This document shows positions 1-13,866 of a DNA stretch of 64,000 bases, piece after piece (positions within the stretch are counted from its first letter, which is position 1; every line of letters starts with the position of its first letter). The stretch lies in the NCBI GenBank assembly GCA_045837725.1, contig JBEWZL010000204.1, positions 1-64,000 on the forward strand, in the 5' to 3' direction. The translations under genes were made by a program, and so were the position numbers. The notes under the pieces are model-generated. The model was not told the DNA's origin. It did no database searches and was given only the letters and a program-made list of their open reading frames with translations. The DNA comes from Vermamoeba vermiformis (Eukaryota).

Positions 1-3000
1 TTTTCTTCATATATCGACAGTATGATGGGAATGAATATCAAGGCATGAAGGCCAGCGAAAAGTAACGCAAAGAACCAAGTGACTCCAAAGTACATCTGAA
101 TCAGTTGAAACTCTGAGAACAACAGCAAGAACACACTGATCAGCGATGAGAGCACACTCATCGATATCATATTGCCTGAACAAATAAAACCAGTAGGTGA
201 GACTGAGTTGATCCGGGTACACAATGTTCCGATGAAATTTCGCTTTTCGAAAAATTGCATTTTGAAACGTACCAACGTAATTGAGCGTCTTTTCGAGTCG
301 CTGAGGTGCGTCACTGATGTTGAAGATGCGCAGAATGTGACTGATGTACTCCACTCCGAGTGCAAATGTTGCTGCAACATTGATCACTGACAGCGCATTG
401 AACTTGGCACCGAATATGAAATGAAGACCAAGCACTTCAATGCCAACAATAGCGAGAATGATGGTGCACACTGCTCCGAGCATCACGTTTTGAAGCAATG
501 TTGAAGTGGTGATGAAAATGCACACGATGGACACACTCAGAACGACAATCGAGTATGTTTTGAGTTTGTCGAAGTGCCCCAACGAGAATGAAAATGGACT
601 GAAGAAGATGGTGCCATTGACTTGGCTGATGATTCCATTCACCACTTTTGAATGCATCAACAGTTCAGGAAGTGATGCTGTTTCGGTCAATGTGCCCAGC
701 ATGCGAGACCACTGCAAAATAGACTGACGTTAGTAAAACTAGAGCTTACTATGTCGCTTGTAACTATCGAATTCTTTGCAACAAATTTTCAAGCGTAAAA
801 TAAAATCGATAAAAAAATAATGCACGATCACACAACGCACGAACCTTAATGAAGCCATTCTCATCAAAGATCAAGTCTCCACGATGAGCTTTGCCCATTC
901 CATTCAAGAACTCGTGCAGCCATGGATAGAACTTGTCCGATGGTATTTGATTCTGATTGGCGAGGTACTCTGACGAATGATTGCTCAACAAGATCACCCA
1001 CGACAAGAAATTGAAGTGCCAACTTGTCAGCGATGAGATTGAGCCACTTGCCTGAGGTAGCAAAAAACAAATCACGTTAGCGGATCTGATGACAAAACGA
1101 GTACGTTATGTTCTGTACCTGCATCAGTTTGTGATGATCGATGAGCATTTTACTTGTGTTTGGATTGGTGAAGTCAAGTTGAGGATAAACAATGAAGAAC
1201 GGCAGTCTGATCAGCAGGAATAAAATCGATAAATTCGACTTCGCAAAACATGAACAAATCAACTTACGTGTTGCCAAAGTACTGATTGGATATGTCCGTG
1301 TATCGTCTGATTGGTGTGTTTTTGGCCATGAGTGATGAGATTTCGAGTCCTTCAGTGATTTGTGTCGTGGCAAAGATGTTGAATGCAAAGTACCCAACAA
1401 ACACAACGATCTATTTGTACGAGGTTAGAACGATGAAATTCGATAACAATTAGCCTTACAAAGATGATTTGAGAGGTACGATTGGTTGACATGGCAATCA
1501 GTGCATTGGGAATGGCGTTCTTGGTGCATTTCTTTGTCTTTCGTTTGATCGTTTGTTTGGCACTTGACTCGTCGCTCTTCTCATCCATTGAGCTCGATTT
1601 CTTCACTTTGATAGTGCAGCAGCAGTCTAGTCGACCAGCCTAAAGTGAGCAATGAAAGAAGATGAGTGACATGTTGACACGTGTCATCGATCATGCTTTG
1701 ATTGAACAACGTACTATGATTCTTCGTGCATCAAGCACCATTGCAGAAGAGAATGTGATCGTTTGCAAGATGTGATTGGTCACAATGGCAATGATTGTTT
1801 CAGCACAGATTGCTTGGATCACTGGAATGTCGATGAACAGTCCTGACAAGAACACAACCACAACTGAGATTGCTGACAGCATGATCGATGGTCCCGTCTT
1901 GTTCAATCTTAAGAATGGTTGAACATGTTAATATACTCATACGCCTGTCTATTTGTTTTAAGGTACTCACGTTCGATTGAGAGCTGCGTCAATGTCATTG
2001 TCGTTCATGAACTCTTGTGTGAATGCTTTTGACAGCACGTAGATGTTGTCCACACCAATGCCGAGCAGCAGTACTGGAAGTGTTTGAAGCACTGTGGTGC
2101 TGATCATGATGCCAAATGCACTGTGTTGAACGTGAGACATGTGTTCGAACAAGACTAAATAATACTGTTCGTGCGTACCTTGCGAGACCGAATGTCACGA
2201 CAAAACTCAACAAGATTGTGAACATGCCAAAGAAGCCAAGTGCCACTTTCGAATGAACACGAGAGAACTGACCGAGTGTCAGCACAACAAACACGAGCAG
2301 AAGAAGCACACCAACGAACACTGGCCACATCTCTGTCAGCAGTGTCTCTTCCAGCGATCGTGTCACTGATGTCTTTCGCGAACAATGTCAGTGTTATTCA
2401 GTGAACGAATGATTCAGTGAACGAGCGAAGAATGACTTACAGAAGTCTCGACAAAGAACGATGAGTACACTGCAGTCTTGTTCATTTCAAGCACTGTCTC
2501 TTCAATCTTGTTGTACAGTTGTGTGAGTGCGTCTTGGTAGTCCAAACGAGTCGCGAAAATGAACTGTGTTTTGATCACTCGCGCTGTCACCACTCGACCG
2601 TATTTCACTTCGAATCCTCCCAAGAATGTTGAAGCTATGAAGGATTATTGCGTGTTAGAATGAATATATCATAATCGGAAAGTATAATTTCATACGAGGC
2701 ATGGTGAAACCGAGTGGATGTGTGAAACCAGAACGAGCAACAGTTGAAAGGATCACTGGATCTGATTCCATCTTGCTCAGCGAGTAGTTCCAGTGCCACC
2801 ATATGCTCGTTATCATGCATGGTTCTATAATAAACAACTTGTGAGTTATAATGAAGCGATATCGTTATTTTACCTTCGGGACCTGCTGGATGCAAGCACA
2901 ACTCTTCAGTCGACTTCATGCCTGAGAAATGTTTGTTATATAAATATTGGCTATTGTATCGAATCTATTAGATTACCATCCGTTGTGTTGACAGTTATTT

Positions 3001-3618
3001 TTCTGAGTTGCGTTTCCACGTCCAACAACTCACGCAACACAAACTTGTTCACAACCATGCCATTCACTTCATCGAGTTTATCGGCACGGACCATAGCCAA
3101 AACAGTGGCGTATCTGAAAGAAGAAGTAAGTTTAAGGAAATTATTGCAGATTCAGACCCCGATCTAGCTTGTAAAAATTCAAAACGCTACGTCAATCCGT
3201 ATTTACGCTACAAACTTGGTAGATATCGGAGTAATGATTTAAAATATTTTTTTGCCACCTTTGCAAACAAAAAAAGGGCACATCTGCATTTTGAAGCTTT
3301 ACCGCGTCTAACAAATATCTAATACTCTTACCCATAGAAAGGCCCGTAAATTGATTCATATTGGCCCTTATATTCCGTCCAAATCGAATCGGTCGCTGAC
3401 CATTGTGGTTCTTGGTTGGTTTCGAGTCGAAAGTTGATGAAACCAAGAGCGCAAGAGCAACAAATCAACACCGAGATGATAATGACCTTGATTGGATGCC
3501 TTGACGATAAAATTGCAAGCTTCGAGAAGTAAGTCGTGAGAGCTCGTTGAATAACGTTCTGATCTCGATCAAGATCCATTTCCATTGAGCCAGATTCAGA
3601 GTCGTCCAATAACATCAT
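1..3618 (-). CDS. NPC1/Patched-family sterol-sensing-domain (RND-type) membrane protein, copy A; multi-exon, 3' end runs off the window edge
   Basis: Spliced exons give RHPIKVIIISVLICCSCALGFINFRLETN, the SSD motif LPVLLLGIGVDNIYVL...TGPSIMLSAIS, FNALSVINVAATFALGVEYISHI and C-terminal FAGLHALIFIPIILSIYEE (NPC1-like HGLIFLPVLLS). ATG at 3616-3618; the frame is still open at position 1. Confidence 0.9.
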
Positions 3619-4156
3619 TGCTCAATCTTGACAACAAAAGTAATTAATTGAATTCAAAATTGATTTTCAAGCCAATTCACTTGCGTTGCGTAAAATCGCC
3701 GTAATTCTCCGTTGTCCAACAGCAGTCAACTATTTTGATGCCTTGAACTTACGGAATTGCAAGGATATCTAATGGTATAGTAAAATAACAATGCTAAATG
3801 GCTTTTATGACGTTCTAACGCCGTTTGTTAGCGACGAATGTGACAACGAATGACAGCAGTTTACAGATAGCATTGCGGTGACTTTGATCTAATTCTCTAC
3901 CGCAACGCGTTATTTCAATTAGCTAAGGTACGTGATTACGAAGCCTTTCACCTATAGTCGAAGTTTTCTGACTATTTAGGCAGGAGTAGGTTTGGGTGTC
4001 TGTACAGCACTGTCGCAATGCTCACGTGGCTTCTTTTCGCCTGATTTGAGAATCAAAGAATGAATTATTGTCGGAAATTCACCCGCCAAAGCATAAATTG
4101 GTTGTGGTTCCCGTTTTTGGTCAATTCAGTATCATCTTCCGTTCCAACCAACACAC

Positions 4157-6665
4157 ATGAACAAGCTTGGAATAGTTTTATTAGTGCTTACTATTGGCTA
4201 CGCTAGCTCCTTGGAGATTATGTCCGTTGATTGCGAAGGTATTGCTCATTGGATGAATTTCTTGTTTTGCTGTCACTAACGGATCCGTGCAGGCGGAGTT
4301 CGGTTCTTACCCTCGTATGAAAGTCCAATACAGTTTGATTTCTCTGCTTTACTAGGTACGTCCTATGGTGTTTTGATAAACAGAATCAATGCGTAATGTA
4401 TTGAAATTGGTTTTCCAGGTGTTGCAGAGACATTTGTGTCCGTCTACAAGGACCGATTGAAGTGTTTATGCACCGATTTGACCGATGATGAGTTCAGCAG
4501 ATTGTTCCATCCGTTTTTTGGCATGGACATGTTGTTCAACATTATTCAAGGTCCAGATGCGGATCTGCATCTATCTCGCTGCAATTGGTCGGCCTTTGAA
4601 CACGTTAACTTCCGCGCTAATCTGATGAACAAATACAAACTTGACTTGACTGGTAATATCTCACATAAAATTTAATTCGTATCCGTTCTAACTTATTTGC
4701 AGACACTTGTACGAATGAAACTTGGTCGAGAGATGGCAAGTGCATGTTTCAATCACAAACCTTCAGCGATTGGGATGTTGCTTTGAAAGTAGCGTTGTTT
4801 CGCTGTCCAAAAGCACCGTGGAGACCTTCTATCAGTATCATTTGTGAAGGTCAAGGCTGCGAACAATCATTCTTCCCTTGCATAGTACGTTTCAATGATT
4901 CCACTCGCTTTCATTACTAACGTGCTATTTTTGCTAGAATGACAATGATTGCGCTGGCGATATGACCTGTCAAAAGGTGAGGCTTGTCCTTTTTTGGAAA
5001 TTAACGCTAAATCTCTCATAGTTTTACCTTGACGGTGTTGCCATTCCGTCAAACGATGACCTAGTATCGGCTTTTAGAACTATTTTGCAAGCTAAGAATA
5101 TTCCCGCAACTTGTGTTAACTCCGGCGATATCGTCAGCAACACCATTGACTGGTTAAGGTATAACAACCCTGATTGTAATACGAGGCTCACTAGCCTTGT
5201 TTCTTAGAAAAATGTGGAGGAAAGGTTCATCGGATTACACTCTGCCTTATCTTCAGTTCTGCTCGCCTATCAAACTCAACTTCACGTCTTGGCGCCAAAA
5301 CAACACCCAAGCCTTTGATTGGGAAAATTTGCTGCACTACACAAACTCTTCGTTAGATATCACCAACAATAGCATTGCTATTCCTGGGTATCTTCAACCT
5401 TGGCACGGAGAATTGATAAGTAAGTTTTTTCGGTGAAATTTCGTTTCGGATCTGACAATTCCGCTCAGACGGTGGCAAAATCATTCGTCCTCAAAACGTC
5501 GTTTCTATGATCCCGACAAACACCACTATCACATCCAACGCGACGTTGTTGTTCAAGAAGACTTGCGATGGTGTCATGACTGTTTTGCCAACAACTAGCG
5601 TTCGAGTTCAGCTCAATTTACTCTGGCAAAAAGATCTTCTTGATCGTTGGGTCTCTACTATGCTGTCCATTCTCAAATGCTGGTTCAATTACTTAGGCGT
5701 TTCAATCTCCGAACAAGAACTGATCAATCGATGGGGCCTTGGCTTAGATTCTTTATTGCAAGTGAAAATAATACTGTCATATTATTAAAATATTACTAAC
5801 ATTCCGTTATTCAGCTTTAACCTCGATGCTGAAACTCGCGACGACCCAATCACTCGTCCGGATATTCCCGATTACCGATTGAAATTTGACACGCGCATTG
5901 ATTTCCCGTCGAGCTGCAATTACGATTCATGGGTCAATAGTGGCAGCTGCTAGTAAGACCAAACACGATAAAATTAGTTACGAGCGATTACTAATTTACT
6001 TTACGTAGTACCACTTACACGGGGTTAAATAATTTGTTGGGAACTGACATTACTATCAACCTCGAAATATTGAAGTGTCCTGGCTCGCAAGATATGAGCG
6101 TCACAGCTGAATGCGTTGGTGAAGGTAACAATTGTTGAGGTTTCGATTGGAAACTAATCAAAATATATAGCGTGCTCGTTATTGTCCGGAATGTCAACTA
6201 CGTGTAATTCTGACGCAGATTGTCCGAGCTCGTTGTCTTGCAAAGACTTAAATGCTAAATTTGATTTTGACTGGATTGGCGTCTATGTCGGCCGTGGCAT
6301 GTGGAACGAGACAAACCAATGCTCTAACAACAGTACTCAAAGCCACATTGACATTCGAAAGCTGATTTTCTCGTACTGGAACTTACCGTACGATGGTTCA
6401 AGTGACAATAAGTACTGTATGATTGACTTTGATCATATGATGTCCCAAGTCTCAACGGTAAGTCAATCTTAAAGTCTATTTGAGCGGTCGCTAATATATT
6501 TGACAGTGGCTGAACGGTGAAGTCGAAACTACTTCTCCCGGTGTAATCAAGTTGAAAAACTTAAAGTCCTGGAACGACGAAGGCAAGAGCTGGGCCGCTA
6601 GCTTTACTTCGGATTTCAGCATTTCCTTGCTCGTTGGTGGTATAATATTGAACTGGCTGTTGTAA
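4157..6665 (+). CDS. Cys-rich secreted, probably GPI-anchored surface protein, paralog A (multi-exon, unknown family)
   Basis: Signal peptide MNKLGIVLLVLTIGYASS; many Cys-containing exons that align with paralog B (SVYKDRLKCLC.DLTDDEF.RLFHPFFG; CNS..DCP.SL.C.DLN; YDGSSDNKYCMID); hydrophobic C-terminal tail; TAA ends at 6665. Confidence 0.8.
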
Positions 6666-6737
6666 GCGGTTCTTTTATTGTTCAGTCCTAGTAGAGTAGA
6701 GTCTCATAACAATAAAAGCACTTTCAAAGTTATGCAC

Positions 6738-9354
6738 TTAGTAGAACACAGCCAAAACTACGGCTAAAGCACCCAATGCGTAGTTGAGAGCGGTAGTAAC
6801 GCCAGAGCTGGTGACGGGTGTATTGCCAGCACTGCCATCCCAAGCCTTCAAATTCTTCAACTTGACCACGCCAGGCGTTGAATCAGTGTCGACTTCACCC
6901 TTGGCCCACTGCAACGACATTTTAGCAACAAAATTCCGCAGAAATATAATTAGAACTTACAGTTGATCCTTGGCTAACCACGTGATCGTAATCGATCATG
7001 CAGTACTTGTTGTCACTAGAACCATCATATTGCATGCCCAAGAACGACAAAGCGAGCTTTCTGACTTCAGCGTGGATTGCGTCTTGACTGCGGCTGCAGG
7101 AAGGAGTCTTGGTGCCGTTGATGCCAATGTAGGCATTCATCCAGTCGTAGGTACCTAACTTGGGGTTGAGGTCTTGGCACGTCAAAGAGTTAGGGCAATC
7201 AGAATTGCTATTGCAGGGCTTCGTCTTGAGAGACAATAACGAGCAAGCTAACAAAGTAAACGTTAGTTAATAATTAATTGCCATATTAGGGAAGAGAGAT
7301 GTACCTGCACCAGCGCATTCGACGGTCAAGCTGACATCGCTGCTGGATCCGCATTTTTTGACTTCAATGTTGGCAGTCGCATCAACGCCCAACAAATCAC
7401 CCAAACCAGTGTACTGGGCTCTACAAAGCAAAGATAAGACGCTATCCAAGAATATTCTGCTTAATCGAGCACATACCGGCAAAGGCCTTCCTTGACCCAA
7501 GAGTCATAATTGCAGGTCGAAGGCAAGTCGACACGCGAGCTGAGACGAAGGCCATAGTCAAGAAGATTACCAGTTAAACTATCGCGGGCATGATCTGCGT
7601 CGACATTGAAGCTGAACCAAGTGTAAGTTAACATTCAACCCGTAAGTTGGTCAATCGTTGACCAAACGTTGACTTTTCTCCGTGGATAAATTTCGCGGTA
7701 CTTACAAAAGCCAATCCAAGCCAAGACCCCAACGGTTTCTCATTTCTTGATCTCCGATTGACAAACCCAAGTTTTGGAAGCGGCACTTGAGAATAGGAGA
7801 GATGATGGAGACCCAATGGTCGATCATGGTATGTGACACGCCGAAGTCGAAAGACATGCCGAATGCTGCGCTAGGCAACATTGTGAAGGTACCATCACAG
7901 CTCTTTTGGAAAATGAGAGTGCCTCCAGGAGTCAACGAAGGGACGTTGGTGGGCTTAGCACCGACATTTTGAGGAGCGGACATAATGCCACCACCTAAGC
8001 GAGATTTCGTTAGGAGATTTCGCAGGAAAAATCTGGATTTCAGATGAAGAACTTACTAAGCAAATTGCCGTTCCACGGTTGAAGATAACCAGGAACGCTA
8101 ACGGAGGTATTGGTAGTAACAACTGAGCTTGGAGTATAATGAATTAAATCTTCCCAATTAAAAGTCATGTTGGTCCAAAAGTTGAGCTCGATCGGCGAGC
8201 AGATCTTGGCTTGAGAGCTAGTATAGGTCGCAGAGTCTTGCTTCCACATTTTTCTATTTTACGCATTTAGTGATTATATAGAGCAGATGCTATTTTTAGG
8301 TTAAAATTTACCTGATGAGATCCACGGTCGTTCTTACGATGTCGTTGGTGTTGACGCAGGATGAAGTGAGATCATCTGCGCGTAAAATTGATTTGAATGC
8401 CGTGAGCATATCGTCAGTAGTAGGACGAGCCATATTGTTAAAGATGAACTAGATCAGATCCGTTAGCAACTGAAACTAATACTGTCAAAATCAATCATAC
8501 CTCTTTGCATTGCATATTGCCAGCACAGTCGCTATCGCTCTAAATAACGACATAAATCAGTACGAGTGATAATCGAGTGTGTTTTGTTTTCGTGTTTACC
8601 ATGCAAGGAATGAAAGCTTGTTCGCAGCCTTTGCCTTCACAAATCAAGCTCACCGCGGGTCTCCAAGGAGCGCTCTGACACTTGAACAAACCGACTTTGA
8701 CAGTCACGTCCCAATCACTGAACGTTTGCGATTGCAACATGCACTTTCCATCTCGCGTCCAAGTGTCGTAGGAACAAGTACCTGAAAAACAGAAAAAGTT
8801 TCACATTAATGATTTTTTCACAACTGTGAATTGTCACATCCAACTTACTTGTCAAGTCCACTGCCTTGGAGTCAAACTTATCAGCGCGCATCCATGAGAC
8901 ACTGTCAAAAGCGGACCAAGAGCACTTCGACAAGCTCAGATCCGCATTGGGACCTTGCATGATGTTGAAAGCCATATCAGCGCCGAAGAACGGATGGAAC
9001 AATCTGTTGAACTCATCGTCGGTCAAATCAGCGCATAAACACTTCAATCGGTCCTTGTAGACGGACAAGAACGTATCAGCAACACCTACGGAAAAAAAGA
9101 ATTTCAATATTTTTGTTTTACCAACGGATCTGATGCTTACCAAGGAACGAAGAGTAGTCGAATTGACCGCCAATAGGGTATGAAGGGAAATAGCGGAAAC
9201 CTCCTGCATAATTAATTGAGTTTTAGAACAATTCGTCGATTTGAAATAACGCAATTGACGTACCATTGCAGTCCATAGAAAAGATCTCCAAGGCGTAAGA
9301 ATAGGGTGCGGCTACTAAAGCCAGCAAGGCTAATGCGAGTCCAAACTTGTTCAT
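6738..9354 (-). CDS. Cys-rich secreted, probably GPI-anchored surface protein, paralog B
   Basis: Signal peptide MNKFGLALALLALVAAPYSYA; exons collinear with paralog A; C-terminus SSGVTTALNYALGALAVVLAVFY* resembles a GPI signal. Confidence 0.8.
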
Positions 9355-10090
9355 TTGTGATGTTGAACTGAAGCGTGAACTAATAAACTGAATATACCAA
9401 CTGCCAGCAACTCTTTTTATCTTGTTGGGCGCGGATAACTTCCGACCCACGTGTGCAATTCTTTTTTTCATACGTTGCTTTGCAAGTTTTGTGATTCTTT
9501 CGAAATTTATCTTTGATTGTATCTTGTCAGGTGTATCTTCTTCGGTATTTGACGTGGTTGTTCCTGTAACTCTGTACAACTTTAACCGAGCTCTATTAAT
9601 GATACGAGATTAGCCTCGCTTCGGACTTTAGGTCAAATTTGCTATTGATAAAGAAATGACGTTGGTTGCAAAGCGCACGAGCGTGAATGTCCGACCTGTC
9701 GGAAAAACAACGCCAATTCGCCAACGCTCAATTGAATTGCCATAACTTACGTATTAATGGCAATCAACGAACACCGTGATCTATTATACCAAGCGAGATG
9801 TATTTCAGAGCTCCGTTCGCAAGCAAAAAATCGTCCATTTTGAAATTCTTTCTTGATTGCGCTCTAAAGATATTTTCACTCTGCATTTGAAATTGTTAGC
9901 AAGATTATCTATACATAAATTCCTGAAATTGTAGCAATAGGAACAATACTTAATTCGTCGCAATAAATGTGTTATGGCGGAGCGCGAAATCACCGCGGAT
10001 GCACAAAAAAAAGAATTCACGTCAACCAAAATTTACTTACCCTATTTTCCTTTCGTTGTTTAGTAATTCAAATTTTAGTTAACGAATGCA

Positions 10091-13000
10091 ATGCAGTTAG
10101 AGTGGAGTTCTGACTCTGAATCCGGCATTATGGGAAAAGATCTCGAGCCTACAAACGAAAGTCAGAACATTATTCAACGCGCTCTCACGACTTACTTCTC
10201 GAAGCTTGCAATTTTATCGTCAAGGCATCCAATCAAAGTCATTGTAATATCGGTGTTGATTTGTTGCTCTTGTGCTCTTGGTTTCAGCAACTTTCGACTC
10301 GAAACCAACCAAGAACCACAATGGACGGCGATTAATTCAATTTGGTCGGATTATCAAAAGCAATATGAAGCAATTTATGGACCCTTCTACGGGTAAGATA
10401 TCGTTAGATGGAAAAACGGATTTAACAGATCCAGATTTCGGTTTAGCATTTTTTAAAATTTGAAATTTATGCATTAATCTAAACAAAACATTGCTGCATT
10501 TTTATGCAAATGTCAAATTAAGAATTTAAAATTTTTACAAGGAAGATCAAAGTGCGAATCCGCAATATTTTCCTTAGACTTACTTCTTCTTTCAGATACG
10601 CCACTGTTTTGGCTATGGTCCGTGCCGATAAACTCGATGAAGTGAATGGCATGGTTGTGAACAAGTTTGTGTTGCGTGAGTTGTTGGACGTGGAAACGCA
10701 ACTCAGAAAAATAACTGTCAATACAACGGATGGTAATCAAATAGATTCAATACAATAGGTAACTTGTTAGTAACAATAATATCACAGGCATGAAGTCGAC
10801 TGAAGAGTTGTGCTTGCATCCAGCAGGTCCCGAAGGTAAAAAACTATTTCTCGCAGCGCTTCATTTATAACTCATTCATTGTTTATTATATTAGAGCCGT
10901 GTATGGTAACAAGCATATGGTGGCATTGGAACTACTCGTTGAGCAAGATGGAATCAGATCCAGTGATCCTTTCAACTGTTGCTCGTTCTGGTTTCACACA
11001 TCCACTCGGTTTTACCATGCCTCGTATGAAACTATACTTTCCGCTCATGACATATTCTAATATGCGTGATGCTTCACAGCTTCAACATTCTTGGGAGGAT
11101 TCGAAGTGAAATACGGTCGAGTGGTGACAGCACGAGTGATCAAAACACAATTCATTTTCGCAACTCGTTTGGACTACCAAGATGCACTCACACAACTGTA
11201 CAACAAGATTGAAGAGACAGTGCTTGAGATGAACAAGACTGCAGTGTACTCATCGTTCTTTGTCGAGACTTCCGTAAGTAAATCGCTCGTTCACTGAACC
11301 ACAGTTTCACTGAATCATTCGTTCACTGAAAAACACTGACATTGTTCACGATAGACGTCAGTGACACGATCTTTGGAAGAGACACTGCTGACAGAGATGT
11401 GGCCAGTGTTCGTTGGTGTGCTTCTTCTGCTCGTGTTTGTTGTGCTGACACTCGGTCAGTTCTCTCGTGTTCATTCGAAAGTGGCACTTGGTTTCTTTGG
11501 CATGTTCACAATCTTGTTGAGTTTTGTCGTGACATTCGGTCTTGCAAGGTACGCACAAATAGTATTTGTTCGAACACGTGTCTCACGTTCAACTCAGTGC
11601 ATTTGGCATCATGATCAGCACCACCGTGCTTCAAACACTTCCAGTATTGCTGCTCGGCATTGGTGTGGACAACATCTACGTGCTGTCAAAAGCATTCACG
11701 CAAGAGTTCATGAACGACAACGATATCGATGCAGCTCTCAATCGAACGTGAGTACCTTCGAACAAATAGGCAGGCGTATGAGTATACTAACATGTTCAAC
11801 CATTCAAGATTGAACAAGACGGGACCATCGATCATGCTGTCAGCAATCTCAGTTGTGGTTGTGTTCTTGTCAGGACTGTTCATCGACATTCCAGTGATCC
11901 AAGCAATCTGTGCTGAAACGATCATTGCCATTGTGACCAATCATTTCTTGCAAACAATCACATTCTCATCTGCAATGGTGCTTGATGCACGAAGAATCAA
12001 AGTACATTTGTTCAAGATCGATTTACACGTGTCAACATGTCATTAATATTTTTCATTCCTCACTGTAGGCTGGTCGAATAGACTGCTGCTGCACTATCAA
12101 AGCGAAGAAATCGAGTTCAATGGATGAGAAGAGCGACGAGTCAAGTGCCAAACAAACGATCAAACGAAAGACAAAGAAGTGCACCAAGAATGCCATCCCC
12201 AATGCACTGATTGCCATGTCAACCAATCGAACCTCTCAAATCATCTTTGTAAGCCAATTTGTTATCGAATCTAATCGTTCTAATCTCGTGCAAACAGATC
12301 GTTGTATTCGTTGGGTACTTTGCATTCAACATCTTTGCCACGACACAAATCACAGAAGGACTCGAAATCTCATCACTCATGGCCAAAAACACACCAATTA
12401 GACGATACACGGACATATCTAATCAGTACTTTGGCAACACGTAAGTTGATTTGTTTGTGTTTTGCGAAGTCGAATTAATCGATTTTATTTCGGATCAGAC
12501 TGCCGTTCTTCATTGTTTATCCTCAACTCGACTTCACCAATCCAAACACAAGTAAAATGCTCATCGATCATCACAAACTGATGCAGGTACAGAACATAAC
12601 AAAAAATATCGCTTTATCATCAGATCCGCTAACACGATATTTGTTACCTCAGGCGAGTGGCTCAATCTCATCGCTGACAAGTTGGCACTTCAATTTCTTG
12701 TCGTGGGTGATCTTGTTGAGCAATCATTCGTCAGAGTACCTTGCCAATCAGAATCAAATACCATCGGACAAGTTCTATTTATGGCTGCACGAGTTCTTGA
12801 ATGAAATTGGCAAAGCTCATCGTGGTGACTTGATCTTTGATGAGAATGGCTTCATTAAGGTTCGTGAGTCGTGTGATCGTGCATGAAATTTTTTATCAAT
12901 TTTATTTTACGCTGAAAAAATTGAAAAAAGAATGCAATAGTGATTAGCGACATATCAAACCCTAGTTTTGCTAACGTTCGTTAATTTTGCAGTGGTCTCG

Positions 13001-13708
13001 CATGCTGGGCACATTGACCGAAACAACATCACTCCCTGAACTATTGATGCATTCAAAAGTGGTGAATGGAATCATCAGCCAAGTCAATGGCACCATCTTC
13101 TTCAGTCCATTTTCATTCTCGTTGGGTCACTTCGACAAACTCAAAACATACTCGATTGTCGTTCTGAGTGTGTCCATCGTGTGCATTTTCATCACCACTT
13201 CAACACTGCTTCAAAATGTGATGCTCGGAGCAGTGTGCACCATCATTCTCGCTATTGTTGGCATTGAAGTGCTTGGTCTTCATTTCGTATTCGGTGCCAA
13301 GTTCAATGCGCTGTCAGTGATCAATGTTGCAGCGACATTTGCACTCGGAGTGGAGTACATCAGTCACATTCTGCGCATCTTCAACATCAGTGATGCACCT
13401 CAGCGACTCGAAAAGACGCTTAATTACGTTGGTACGTTTCAAAAAGCAATTTTTCAAGCGAAATTTCATCGGAACATTTTGTACCCGGATCAACTCACTC
13501 ATCGGTTTTGTTTGTTTAGGCAATATGATATCAATGAGTGTGCTCTCATCGCTGATCAGTGTGTTCTTGCTGTTGTTCTCAGAGTTTCAACTGATTCAAA
13601 TGTACTTTCGGAGTCACTTGGTTCTTTGCGTTACTTTTTGCTGGACTTCATGCCTTGATATTTATTCCCATCATATTGTCGATATATGAGGAAAAACGAA
13701 TTCGATAG
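10091..13708 (+). CDS. NPC1/Patched-family SSD protein, copy B (1-bp insertion in the last exon: frameshifted allele or sequencing error)
   Basis: Near-identical to the reverse complement of copy A. TACTTTCGGAGTC around 13606-13609 versus TACTTTGGAGTC in copy A. The corrected frame ends ...IILSIYEEKRIR* at 13708; uncorrected it stops at 13689. Confidence 0.85.
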
Positions 13709-13866
13709 AATAATCACTTTGTATTATTATGTAATAGAAGCGTACTTTAATTTCAACATTTGCCAAAAAATCAGCCCGATCCAGGAGCAAAAAAGATCGT
13801 ACTATTTAATTGTTGTACCTTTATGATACCCATATGATATCGCTCAATGATTATTTATTACTAAAA

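Larger units (their letters stand above)
1..13700. repeat. Large inverted duplication: arms ~1-3570 and ~10140-13700
   Basis: Exons and most introns of the two NPC1-like copies are visibly near-identical in opposite orientation; the spacer contains an inverted paralogous pair. Confidence 0.9.

Noticed and set aside
11290-11332. Three TTCACTGAA repeats, considered as CRISPR-like
   Set aside because: 9-bp micro-duplication in a eukaryotic intron; no spacers or cas genes.
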